From NCBI GenBank assembly GCA_963920595.1, contig OY986948.1:1-64000 (forward strand): a stretch of DNA of 64,000 nt. Reading direction: 5' to 3'. This document shows, one piece after another, positions 13,701 to 27,060 of this stretch (positions within the stretch are counted from its first letter, which is position 1; each line of letters opens with the position of its first letter). The position numbers and the translations under genes are program-made. The stretch is from Eimeria praecox (taxonomy: Eukaryota). Under the pieces are notes generated by a model. That model was given only the letters and a program-made list of their open reading frames with translations, had not been told where the DNA came from and searched no databases.

Positions 13701-16700
13701 GCAGCGCGCATATTGACGCTCCTTGCCTACACCGCCCAGCACACATGCCACAAACGCTAACACAACGGTATTCAACACTTGGCTGCGCAGCTCTAGACAC
13801 TGCATTGAAACCTCTCCTATGACGACGAACCGTGAAGAAGAGAACGCTATCCACTGGCCAAACCACTTCCTGGAGGCATCCCGCAAACGTCTACGCACGG
13901 CCCATCCCCTTGCGCAGCGCCACACAAAACCCAGAAGACATGCCCACATCTACGCCCTACGTCCAATATTCCAATCCAACACTTCGTTAAATCGTGCACG
14001 AGCTGCAGGCCATGCCAACCACATACCTCCTGTACATGCTTTGCGCAGACATCCTGGCAGATGCTGCTCACGCAAAGCCGCCAGATAAATGCACAAGCCA
14101 ACCACTACTACTCCCCCCAAAATCTAAACAATCTACTTTACTACTGAGTTCTACTGTGTCTCAGATGAAGCGTGCTACTTGCCACCTAAACAGGGACAAA
14201 TCGAATCCGCCACGTCATCTAGCCCAGACGCTCCACACGCAAACTGTAATATAATGGCACTGCACCAAATGCTGCGCAGCTCGTATACCCACAACCAAGA
14301 CTCCGCCGCACCATTCTGGGGCTGGATGCCTCCAGAGATACAATTTATGTCAACCACAGACCGCACCGTCGTCCCGTACAAAGCGTTGAGCACCGGATAG
14401 AACAGTGAAAACATGAGGAACAACAGACTGCACAAACTACGCTAGAGGTCGTACCCGCAAGTCACAAGCGTGCGTGCAGACGCTCAAATCACTAACATGC
14501 TACCCAGCATCTCATGACATCTACATCGAGCCTAACTCTATGCACGGTCCTCCTCCATTTGTCATTGCACTCTACACATGCTTCTTATCGAGTGGCTGTA
14601 TGGAAACGCACTGCGCCCCCACCATGCAGCAAGCGTCCTGGACGCTGCCTGCGTACAACGGCTACAACGCGCATGAGAGACATTGCACAAACGCCAGCAA
14701 TATGGAATTGCACAACTGGCTACGCAGTTCTAGGCACTGCGCTGAAGCCTCTCCTGTGACGACGAGCCATCAAGAAGCGAGCCTTGTCCATTGACCAACC
14801 CACTTCCTGAACCCACGCCGCGCCGGCATACGCATGCCCCATGTTCTTTTGCAGCAGCAAACAAAACCCCGAAGGCATGCCCACATCTACGCCCTACGAC
14901 CAATATTCCAACCGAACGCTTCCTCAAATCGTGGTTCTGTGCACGCATTGCAGGCCATGCCAACCACATACCTCCTGTACATGCGTTGCGCAGACATCCT
15001 GGCAGATGCTGCTCACGCAAAGCCGCCAGATAAATGCACAAGCCAACCACTACTACGCCCCCCAAAATCTAAGCAATCTACTTTACTACTGTGTTCTACT
15101 GTGTCTCAGCTGAAGCGTGCTACTTGCCACCTAAACGGGGACAAATCGAATCCGCCACGCCATCTAGCCCAGACGCTCCACACGCAAACTGTAATATAAT
15201 GGCACTGCACCAAATGCTGCGCAGCTCGTCTACCCACAACCAAGACTCCGCCTCACCATTCTGGGGCTGGATGCCTCCAGAGATACAATTTATGTCAACT
15301 ACAGACCGCACCGTCTTGCCGTACAAAGCGCTGGGCACCGGATAGAACGGTGCAGACATGAGGAACAATAGACTGCACGAACTACGCTAGAGGTCGTACC
15401 CGCAAGTCACAAGCGTGCGTGCAGACGCTCAAATCACCAGCTTGCTACCCAATATCTCATCCAAGATACCTCGAGCCCAACTCTATGCGCAGCACTCCTC
15501 CATGTGCCATTGCACTCTACACATACTCCTCATCGAGTGGCTGTATGGAAACGCACTGCGCCCCTTCCATGCAGCGCGCATACTGGACGCTCCTTGCCTA
15601 CACCGCCCAGCGCACATGCCACAAACGCTAACACAACGGTATTCAACACTTGGCTGCGCAGCTCTAGACACTGCATTGAAGCCTCTCCTATGACGACGAG
15701 CCGTCAAGGCGTGATCTCTGTCAAGTGGCCAACGCACTTCCTAGAGGCATCCCGCAAACGTCTACGCACGGCCCATCCCCTTGCGCAGCGCCACACAAAA
15801 CCCAGAAGACATGCCCACATCTACGCCCTACGTCCAATATTCCAATCCAACACTTCGTTAAATCGTGCACGAGCTGCAGGCCATGCCAACCACATACGTC
15901 CTGTACATGCTTTGCGCAGAGCTCCTGACAGATGCTGCTCATGCAAAGCCGCCAGATAAATGCACAAGCCAACCACTACTACGCCCCCCAAAATCTAAAC
16001 AAACTACTTTACTACTTTGTTCTACTGTGTCTCAGCTGAGGCGTGCTACTTGCCACCTAAACAGGGACAAATCGAATCCGCCACGTCATCTAACCCAGAC
16101 GCTCCACACGCAAACTGTAATATAATGGCACTGCACCAAATGCTGCGCAGCTCGTATACCCACATCCAAGACTCCGCCGCACCATTCTGGGGCTGGATGC
16201 CTCCAGAGATACAATTTATGCCAACCACAGACCGCACCATCGTCCCGTACAAAACGTTGAGCACCGGATAGAACGGTGCAGACATGAGGAACAACAGACT
16301 GCACAAACTACGCTAGAGGTCGTACCCGCAAGCCACAAGCGTTCGTGCAGACGCTCAAAGCGCCAGCTTGCTACCCAGTATCTCATCCAAGATACCTAGA
16401 GCCCAACTCTATGCGCAGCACTCCTCCATGCGCCATTGCACTCTACACATACTCCTCATCGAGTGGCTGTATGGAAACGCACTGCGCCCCTTCCATGCAG
16501 CGCGCGCATACTGGACGCTCCTTGCCTACACCGCCCAGCGCACATGCCACAAACGCTAACACAACGGTATTCAACACTTGGCTGCGCAGCTCTAGACACT
16601 GCATTGAAGCCTCTCCTATGACGACGAGCCGTCAAGGCGTGATCTCTGTCAAGTGGCCAACGCACTTCCTAGAGGCATCCCGCAAACGTCTACGCACGGC

Positions 16701-19455
16701 CCATCCCCTTGCGCAGCGCCACACAAAACCCAGAAGACATGCCCACATCTACGCCCTACGTCCAATATTCCAATCCAACACTTCGTTAAATCGTGCACGA
16801 GCTGCAGGCCATGCCAACCACATACGTCCTGTACATGCTTTGCGCAGAGCTCCTGACAGATGCTGCTCATGCAAAGCCGCCAGATAAATGCACAAGCCAA
16901 CCACTACTACGCCCCCCAAAATCTAAACAAACTACTTTACTACTTTGTTCTACTGTGTCTCAGCTGAGGCGTGCTACTTGCCACCTAAACAGGGACAAAT
17001 CGAATCCGCCACGTCATCTAGCCCAGACGCTCCACACGCAAACTGTAATATAATGGCACTGCACCAAATGCTGCGCAGCTCGTATACCCACATCCAAGAC
17101 TCCGCCGCACCATTCTGGGGCTGGATGCCTCCAGAGATACAATTTATGCCAACCACAGACCGCACCATCGTCCCGTACAAAACGTTGAGCACCGGATAGA
17201 ACGGTGCAGACATGAGGAACAACAGACTGCACAAACTACGCTAGAGGTCGTACCCGCAAGCCACAAGCGTGCGTGCAGACGCTCAAATCACCAGCTTGCT
17301 ACCCAGTATCTCATCCAAGCTACCTAGAGCCCAACTCTATGCGCAGCACTCCTCCATGCGCCATTGCACTCTACACATGCTCCTCATCGAGTGGCTGTAT
17401 GGAAACGCACTGCGCCCCTTCCATGCAGCGCGCATATTGACGCTCCTTGCCTACACCGCCCAGCACACATGCCACAAACGCTAACACAACGGTATTCAAC
17501 ACTTGGCTGCGCAGCTCTAGACACTGCATTGAAACCTCTCCTATGACGACGAACCGTGAAGAAGCGAACGCTATCCACTGGCCAAACCACTTCCTGGAGG
17601 CATCCCGCAAACGTCTACGCACGGCCCATCCCCTTGCGCAGCGCCACACAAAACCCAGAAGACATGCCCACATCTACGCCCTACGTCCAATATTCCAATC
17701 CAACACTTCGTTAAATCGTGCACGAGCTGCAGGCCATGCCAACCACATACGTCCTGTACATGCTTTGCGCAGAGCTCCTGACAGATGCTGCTCACGCAAA
17801 GCCGCCAGATAAATGCACAAGCCAACCACTACTACTCCCCCCAAAATCTAAACAATCTACTTTACTACTGAGTTCTGCTGTGTCTCAGATGAAGCGTGCT
17901 ACTTGCCACCTAAACGGGGACAAATCGAATCCGCCACGTCATCTAGCCCAGACGCTCCACACGCAAACTGTAATATAATGGCACTGCACCAAATGCTGCG
18001 CAGCTCGTATACCCACATCCAAGACTCCGCCTCACCATTCTGGGGCTGGATGCCTCCAGAGATACAATTTATGCCAACCACAGACCGCACCGTCGTCCCG
18101 TACAAAACGTTGAGCACCGGATAGAACGGTGCAGACATGAGGAACAACAGACTGCACAAACTACGCTAGAGGTCGTACCCGCAAGCCACAAGCGTGCGTG
18201 CAGACGCTCAAATCACCAGCTTGCTACCCAGTATCTCATCCAAGCTACCTAGAGCCCAACTCTATGCGCAGCACTCCTCCATGCGCCATTGCACTCTACA
18301 CATGCTCCTCATCGAGTGGCTGTATGGAAACGCACTGCGCCCCTTCCATGCAGCGCGCATATTGACGCTCCTTGCCTACACCGCCCAGCACACGTGCCAC
18401 AAACGCTAACACAACGGTATTCAACACTTGGCTGCGCAGCTCTAGACACTGCATTGAAACCTCTCCTATGACGACGAACCGTGAAGAAGCGAACGCTATC
18501 CACTGGCCAAACCACTTCCTGGAGGCATCCCGCAAATGTCTACGCACGGCCCATCCCCTTGCGCAGCGCCACACAAAACCCAGAAGACATGCCCACATCT
18601 ACGCCCTACGTCCAATATTCCAATCCAACACTTCGTTAAATCGTGCACGAGCTGCAGGCCATGCCAACCACATACGTCCTGTACATGCTTTGCGCAGAGC
18701 TCCTGACAGATGCTGCTCACGCAAAGCCGCCAGATAAATGCACAAGCCAACCACTACTACTCCCCCCAAAATCTAAACAATCTACTTTACTACTGAGTTC
18801 TGCTGTGTCTCAGATGAAGCGTGCTACTTGCCACCTAAACGGGGACAAATCGAATCCGCCACGTCATCTAGCCCAGACGCTCCACACGCAAACTGTAATA
18901 TAATGGCACTGCACCAAATGCTGCGCAGCTCGTATACCCACATCCAAGACTCCGCCTCACCATTCTGGGGCTGGATGCCTCCAGAGATACAATTTATGCC
19001 AACCACAGACCGCACCGTCGTCCCGTACAAAACGTTGAGCACCGGATAGAACGGTGCAGACATGAGGAACAACAGACTGCACAAACTACGCTAGAGGTCG
19101 TACCCGCAAGTCACAAGCGTGCGTGCAGACGCTCAAATCACCAGCTTGCTACCCTGTATCTCATCCAAGCTACCTAGAGCCCAACTCTATGCGCAGCACT
19201 CCTCCATGTGCCATTGCACTCTACACATACTCCTCATCGAGTGGCTGTATGGAAACGCACTGCGCCCCTTCCGTGCAGCGCGCGCATACTGGACACTCCT
19301 TGCCTACACCGCCCAGCACACATGGCACAACCGCTAACACAACGGTATTCAACACTTGGCTGCGCAGCTCTAGACACAGCATTGAAGCATCTCCTGTGAC
19401 GACGAGCCGTCAAGGCGTGATCTCTGTCAAGTGGCCAACGCACTTCCTGGAGACA
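10735..19455. repeat. Subtelomeric tandem array A, ~925-945 bp unit, ~9.4 copies
   Basis: Anchor agactgcac(a/g)aactacgctagagg at 10753, 12566, 13500, 14425, 15370, 16296, 17224, 18149 and 19074. Spacings are 1813 (two units, one anchor diverged), 934, 925, 945, 926, 928, 925 and 925. The ORF track repeats with the same period. Confidence 0.96.
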
Positions 19456-19559
19456 CGCCACACACACATGCGCAAGGTGCACGCCCCTGCGGATCAGCAT
19501 GGTGACCCATGCAGGCCTGGGTATAGCTGTATGCGTCATTATGCACCGCAGTGGAGCAT

Positions 19560-20100
19560 TGTGGCATGGGATGGTCTGTACGTTCGGTTGGTGCTACGCT
19601 TGGCACGCACGTCCTGGGAATACCTAGCGAGAAGCGTCCTGGGGCCAACGCTCGAGCAGCGCGTAATGTGGAAATGCCTCACACAGGCAAGAATCTGTTG
19701 CTGATCAGGAGCTGTTTGCCACGATCGTAACGCGAACCACACCGGGGGCAGCGGAGGTCCACGCTACAATCGCCGAGTGTGCAAAGTGATGATCCAATGA
19801 TCCACACTTCACGAGTCAAAGAACTGAATTATCATTATATTCAAATCGGTTGTTGCTCTCCAGCCATTGCATGCTTTTGACATACATACCATTCATACAT
19901 TGCAGACCAATCGAGGTGCTCCGAAGCCACCGCCGCTGATATGTAAGGGAATAGGGAGGACATGCGCATTCGCGACTCTTTTGAGGCAGCGGAAACCTAC
20001 ATTCCGCAGTGCACACCTTCCCTTCTCCATGTATTTTTGCCTCACTTCTGACAATGAACTTGACGCCCTCGTCGGAATTGCCCGGCATGAACGGCTGGCC
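19560..20100 (-). mobile_element. Second degenerate gypsy-like remnant (gag zinc-knuckle region + aspartic protease)
   Basis: Minus-strand motifs in the expected order: SEVRQKYMEKGRC (~20050-20010, cf. ER..R...GLCF.C), LVKCGSLDHHFAHSAIV (~19815-19765, cf. L.D.GA.HNFI), VRVTIVANS (~19735-19710, cf. V.VANG), then ...LGIP (cf. D.ILG..WL). Interrupted by stops and frameshifts. Confidence 0.5.
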
Positions 20101-21139
20101 CATCGGGCAGTGCCCATTATCTTCAAACGTCATATACCTAAGCACCGCAGTTCCCCCAGATGCCTTGGGCTCGCGCGAAAACCCACACGGCCTGCTGTCT
20201 TTCGCTTACAACCTTCAACGAGCACCCTCACACTGCTGACACAAAATAGGCTCAGCCGGGAGCTTGCTATCTTACGCCGTGGTATTCAAACAACCTGGTA
20301 ACGTGCTGGAAGGTGAGACTGCAAAATAGCTTGGTTTCGCATTTGTCTATGCTTTTATAGCTCAATCTGAATCGCCCAAATACCAATTCATTCATATACG
20401 CACATGCTGCGTCAAAGCGGTAGCTGCCGGCGGCTCACAGTTCTGAGATTGGCTGCCTAAGGACTCTTGAATGTGCGTTGTTGTGCCTCGCGGCTAGTGT
20501 GTTTCCTCGTCGGTCATAAGGAAGCGCTCTAGTCGCGTGCAGCCGCAAGCTGAGCTACGTGGTTCGTCTTTCCGTGGAGCGTTAGAGGGCCTCTCCTAGT
20601 TTCTGTACCTGAAATCAGTAGAAGCAGGCCGAACACAGATAAACATGTGCAATCCTCACTATAACTGTACCCGTCAAGAACCAAAGAAGCCCAAGATGGC
20701 TTGCAGCATTTAGCATCCTGGTCTGCTAAGCAGCTCCGCATACTAGCATGCATCTGTGCTTCTGCAGCTATCCCCAAGTTGCAAGGCACCAATCCTACGT
20801 ATGCACTTGCTCACCCTGCTTTACTCCAGCTTTTATCACACCTGCATATGCACACGGTTGCCATCGCTAGCCTATCCCACCGTTCTGGGAAAGCTAAGGC
20901 CCCCTCCCTTGCAAAGCGTAGTGAGGACGTTCTACGCCGAATGCCTAAATGCCAACGTAACTGGCCATTAGTCTGAGATGCGTTCGACATGTGCATATAT
21001 TTCCCTATTCCCTAGATGCCACAGCAATCGGGTACGTGCATGACGGCAAACTGCAGACTCTGAGCGCGAGCAGAAACTTGGTCACATATTGCTGCTGCTG
21101 AGCAGCTTTGTATAGCCTGTGTGCATGATTGCTCCCTTC

Positions 21140-24100
21140 GGTCCAGCTGGAGAACATTAAGTTGAGGTCCCGACGCACCGTCTGCATCAGGTATTCCCCT
21201 CAGAGGTACTCAGCGATGCTTAGCATATTGTGAGTGGCGCTGCGTGCGAAGTGGCTTTTGAGCCGTTACACAACTTTCTTCTCTTCCCGGGAAATAGCAT
21301 GTGCCTGTTCTAGGCCACCTCAAATAGCTGATTAAACCTTCTCAGGTAAGCACGCAAAGTTGATGTCGGTGGAGGACGTCCAAAGAAGCCAGAGCCGATG
21401 CGCACATAGACGCGGCACACCTGCGAACATCAAAAGTAGCCTTTACAAACAGATCGAACGACGCAAGGTCAACAATCCTGAGACAAGGAAATATGGCATC
21501 CACAGAAGAGCTGTATTTTTGCTTCCGCCACCCCAACCAGGCAGAGAAAGTGATGGCCCTGCCAAGTGCATGCTGAATCATGCATGCAGAGAAGTAACGC
21601 TTGCAGCCTTTGAACGCACCACAAGCACTGACGCAGTATCAACTGTTTCGCGACGAACCACGGCTGCTGCGTCTTGTCAGCAAGTAGCACACGTTGCCTA
21701 TATCGCGAATCCACTCAGTAACTGAATGGGATGCTAGAAACACTCACGAGCTGTTAGACAGCCACGAAACAACGCAGCAAGGTACCAACTGCTCTAGGAA
21801 TGCGGCATGCAACAAAGACGGTGGCCGTGCCAGTTTACGAGGTCGGCAAAGCTCTCAGAGAATGCAGCTTCTTTCTGTGACGCGCCCGCGCTTATACTCG
21901 CTTAAACACCCATGTAATGGGCACTCAAGCTCTCTAATGCACCCACGTTCTGCATTGCGTGCAGACAATATGGCGCTCACAGTAGTGTGAACACACGTTT
22001 GAGCGCTGCTGGGTGCGTGTTGTATCACCTTGCGGACCCCGCCTCTGCTGAATACGAGAGAGGCTAGCGCCGCAAATACATTTTGTACCGCCGTGAGCAG
22101 AAAGCAACGGCATGCATGTGGGCTACTACCGCCACATGAACAAAGACTATTGTGATTGGGGCACCAACCAGAAGCTACGAGAATTCAGCAATGCGCTGAC
22201 AATGTGCGGCTGCTAGAAAGCTCTATGCATGCGGTGCGCATGAGGGCTATTTCCGGCCTGGCTGGAAGGTATTACAGTGTGCTCTTTACGCACATGCTAC
22301 ATTAAGCATTCATCAGTGATATGTTTCTATACTTTGATTGCTTCTTGATAGGAACTTGGTTTTAAGCCATAAAGCAGCTTTCTTCTCTTCCCGGTAAATA
22401 GCATGTGCCTGTTCTAGGCCACCTCAAATAGCTGATTAAACCTTCTCAGGTAAGCACGCAAAGTTGATGTCGGTGGAGGACGTCCAAAAAAAGCCACCGT
22501 CGATGCGCACACAGACGCGGCACACCTGCGAACATCAAAAGTAGCCTTTACAAACAGATCGAACGACGCAAGGTCAACAATCCTGAGACAAGGAAATATG
22601 GCATCCACAGAAGAGCTGTATTTTTGCTTCCGCCACCCCAACCAGGCAGAGAAAGTGATGGCCCTGCCAAGTGCATGCTGAATCATGCATGCAGAGAAGT
22701 AACGCTTGCAGCCTTTGAACGCACCACAAGCACTGACGCAGTATCAACTGTTTCGCGACGAACCACGGCTGCTGCGTCTTGTCAGCAAGTAGCACACGTT
22801 GCCTATATCGCGAATCCACTCAGTAACTGAATGGGATGCTAGAAACACTCACGAGCTGTTAGACAGCCACGAAACAACGCAGCAAGGTACCAACTGCTCT
22901 AGGAATGCGGCATGCAACAAAGACGGTGGCCGTGCCAGTTTACGAGGTCGGCAAAGCTCTCAGAGAATGCAGCTTCTTTCTGTGACGCGCCCGCGCTTAT
23001 ACTCGCTTAAACACCCATGTAATGGGCACTCAAGCTCTCTAATGCACTCACTTTCTGCATTGCGTGCAGACAATATGGCGCTCACAGTAGCGTGAACACA
23101 CGTTTGAGCGCTGCTGGATGCGTGTTGTATCACCTTGCTGACCCCGCCTCTGCTGAATACGAGAGAGGCTAGCGCCGCAAATACGTTTTGTGCCTCCGTG
23201 AGCAGAGTGCAACGGCACGCACGCGGGCTAATATCGCCACATGAACACAGAGCCCGAAGAAAGCCGGCACGGTGCAGCCATGCTGCGGATATTAAGGAGC
23301 GTTGTGATACATGCGTTCATGATTGCTCCGTACAGTCAAGCTGGAGAACATTAAACTAGGCTCTTTACGCACTTGCTGCATCAAGCATTCCTCCCCGAGA
23401 TGCACAGCGATGCGTAGCGTATTGTGCTTGCCGCTCTGTGCGAGCTGGGCGTTAAGTCATAACACAGCCTTCTTCCTTTTCCACCAAATAAAAATTATCT
23501 GTTCTAGAGTGCATCAAGGTGCTGACTTGGCCTTCCCGAGAACGCACGCAAGCTGTAGTCTTTGGAGGGGTTTCGAAGAATCTAGCGGCGACGCAAACGA
23601 TGCAAACGAGAGCATTGGCACAGGACCCCACAGCAGCTGCAGCCTTTGTAAACAGATAGAGCGAAGCACGATCAACCGTAGTCAGGAACGATGAAACAAA
23701 CAGTACCGAACAGCAGTCAGTGTACTTCTGCCGCTCCACTCAGGTAGAGGAGGTGACAATTCCGCCAAGCGCTTGTTGAACTATGCACGCACATGAAGAA
23801 CGCTTGCAGCGATTCAAAGCAGACCAAGCACTGTTACGGTATCAACTGTATTCGCAATGAACGCCGGCCGCTTTGCCAGCATTTGTTCAGCATATAACGC
23901 ACGCTCCTGCGAGTCCAGTCAGTAGCTGCGCATTCCGGTGAAGGCACGCACAAGCTGTTGGAGCAGCCAAATAATGCAACAAGGTACTAAGCGCCGCAGC
24001 GATGCTCAGCCCTGTGCTAAATGCGGCTGAAACCACTTCAGAGGTCGGCAACGTTGTCAATAAGCACACTTCTATCTGCGAAGAGCCTGCGTCTACTAGT

Positions 24101-24340
24101 CGGCTTAGCCCAAGTACGGGATTCACAGGCTGTCTCATGCACATACTCGCTGCATTCCTCTTAACCGCGATAACCCGCACACCTGTGAAACCACACTCTC
24201 ACGCTCTTCTGGATGCAAACTGGATGCAAACTGCACCACCTTGCGGAATCTGCCAGTCCCTAGCAAGCAGCAAATATAACAAGTAATGCAGATTCCAAAC
24301 GCGTCTGTTGGCTGCCTGCGGTAAAGCATACATCGAGCTT
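21140..24340. repeat. Field of diverged ~1.1 kb monomers (family B)
   Basis: The motif gctgga..a.att....acgcac..(g/c)ctgcat(c/t)a.gcatt recurs at ~21172, ~22286 and ~23364, and the downstream sequence is colinear with the monomers of the 3.19 kb array. Confidence 0.8.
21271..23250. repeat. Near-identical 1105 bp-period direct duplication within family B
   Basis: 21271-22145 matches 22376-23250 almost base for base. ORFs 21469/22574 and 21694/22799 are identical or nearly so. Confidence 0.95.
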
Positions 24341-26065
24341 GCTCCTTCACTATTTCGTTCTATAGTGTCCACGCGGGGACGTGGCAAGTGCCACCGAAGC
24401 CCGCACTGGAGCTCGCCTGCACTAAACGAAGCCTAGATGCTCGGACGGCCACCCACAGCGTACGGCTGCTACACCACCGCCTACTCAGCTCCACCTCGCA
24501 TAATGAAGACTCTGAGGCACCAATCCGTTTCTTCGTGCTTCCATGCAAGGATTTTGCGTTCAACACGCAACGCACCGTCTTGCCGTACAACGCACTGAGC
24601 ACCTGATAGAACGATGCAAACCTGAGGAACAACAGACTGCACAAACTGCGCTAGAGGCGGTACCCGCACGTCACAGGCTCCGCTAACACTACGGTATTGC
24701 ATAATTGCCTGCCCAGTTCTAGACACTGCATTGAAGCCTCTCCTATGATGACGAGCCGTCCAGAAGCGAACCCTATCCACTGGCCGAACCACTTCCTGTA
24801 GCATCCAGCAAATATCTAAGCATGCCCTATGCCCTTGCGCAGCGCCACACAAAACCCAGAAGACATGCCCACATCTATGCCCTAAGTCCAATATTCCAAT
24901 CCAACACTTCGTCAATCGTGGTTCTGTGCGCGAGTTGCAGGCCATGCCAACCACATACTTGCTGTACATGCATTGCACAAAGCTACTGACAGATGCTGCT
25001 CACGCAAAGCCGCCAGATAAATGCACAAGCCAACCACTACTACTCCCCCCCAAATCTAAACAATCTACTTTACTACTGAGTTCTACTGTGTCTCAGCTGA
25101 GGCGTGCTGCTTGCCACCTAAACGGGGACAAATCGAATCCGCCACGTCATCTAGCCCAGACGCTCCACACGCAAACTGTAATATAATGGCACTGCACCAA
25201 ATGCTGCGCAGCTCGTATACCCACATCCAAGACTCCGCCTCACCATTCTGGGGCTGGATGCCTCCAGAGATACAACTTATGCCAACCACAGACCGCACCA
25301 TCGTCCCGTACAAAACGTTGAGCACCGGATAGAACGGTGCAGACATGAGGAACAACAGACTGCACAAACTACGCTAGAGGTCGTACCCGCAAGCCACAAG
25401 CGTGCGTGCAGACGCTCAAATCACCAGCTTGCTACCCAGTATCTCATCCAAGATACCTAGAGCCCAACTCTATGCGCAGCACTCCTCCATGTGCCATTGC
25501 ACTCTACACATACTCCTCATCGAGTGGCTGTATGGAAACGCACTGCGCCCCTTCCATGCAGCGCGCATACTGGACACTCCTTGCCCACACCGCCCAGCAC
25601 ACATGGCACAAACGCTAACACAACGGTATTCAACACTTGGCTGCGCAGTTCTAGACACAGCATTGAAGCCTCTCCTATGACGACGAGCCGTGAAGAAGCG
25701 AACCCTATCCATTGATCAACCCACCTTCTGGAGGCATCCCGCAAACGTCTACGCACGGCCCATCCCCTTGCGCAGCGCCACACAAAACCCAGAAGGCATG
25801 CCCACATCTACGCCCTACGTCCAATATTCCAACCCAGCACTTCGTCAAATCGTGGTTCTGTGCACGAGTTGCAGGCCATGCCAACCACATACTTCCTGTA
25901 CATGCTTTGCGCAGACCTCCTGGCAAATCCTGCTCACGCAAAGCCGCCAGATAAATGCACAAGCCAACCACTACTACTCCCCCCGCACTCTAAACAATTT
26001 ACTTTACTACTGTGTTCTACTGTGTCTCAGCTGAGAAGTGCTACGTTCCACCTAAACGGGGACTA
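24340..26065. repeat. Second block of array A (~1.9 units, one internally deleted)
   Basis: Anchors at 24634 and 25357 are 723 bp apart (~200 bp missing). Segment 24360-24620 is a strongly diverged but gapless version of the unit. Confidence 0.93.
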
Positions 26066-26169
26066 ATCCGAATTCCGTAAGTTGTGTATCAACGTGCTGA
26101 AACGTTGCTGCTGCTAAGCAAATCTAGGTAGCATGCGAGAATGTTTTCTCCTTCCGTTTGCATCTTCAG

Positions 26170-27060
26170 GGTATTGAATTAAGCTGTCTACGCACCCGCT
26201 GCTCCAGGCAGTCCTCCACTTATGTGCAGCGCTGTGCACCCAGATTCTGATTTTCCCTCTATGCAAAGTAGGTCCTAAGGCATAACGCAGCTTCCTCCAT
26301 AGCCGCTATCTCCCGTTTCCAGCACATAGCATGTATCACCTCTAGGCCAAATCACGGTCTTGGCTAACCCTGCTAATGTGCATGCACAACGCTGTAGTCT
26401 TTGCAGGTTTTCTGAAGGGCACAGCAGCAACGACAAGGAAAGAAGTGGCACTGTGCCGAACAGCAGAGTGCCGTTGGAGCATCTGCAAACCAGTTGAGGG
26501 GCAGAAGCTCAACAGTATTGAGCAACTGAGAAACCAACACTACCAAGCCGCTGCGTCAGTGTTTCCTCCACTCCAGTACAGTAAAGGAAGTGACTGTTCC
26601 GTCAAACGCTTGCTGCATCGGGAATGCATACGAGCCATGCCGCCGGCGTTGAACGCACAAGAGGCACTGCCCCACCATCAGCTACTTCACAACGAAGCAC
26701 GGTCGCTGGACTTTTCCAACAACCAGCAGACGGGCCACTGGCTCAACTTCAGTTCAACAAAAAACGCTCATGCAGAAGAATTCAAGACCTACCATATAAG
26801 CGCCACGCTACAGGTGACCAACTGGTCGCCTGGAGCAAGAGCATCTGCAACAGCAGGTGGAACGATGTAAGACCCCACAATGGCCCTCAAAACCTGCATG
26901 TCTTCCTCCGCGACTCCGACTAACCAACGACTTTGCTAGGTTTCCATCTACCCACCTCCCGTATGGGCTTTGCTGACAAAGGTGCTCTCACCAGTCGGAG
27001 CACGCTGCTAAACGCTGCTTTGCGCGTTTTCCACCCCGCTTCACCGGCTATGGCCACCTG
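26170..27060. repeat. Single diverged family-B monomer leading into the higher-order array
   Basis: tctacgcacccgctgctccaggca at ~26188. Segment 26502-26699 aligns without gaps to ~27508-27705. Confidence 0.8.

Noticed and set aside
10735..19455. 925 bp array as a 5S rRNA, tRNA, snRNA or spliced-leader array
   Set aside because: I could not find 5S, tRNA T-loop/cloverleaf or snRNA signature sequences on either strand. A covariance-model search would be needed to exclude other ncRNAs.
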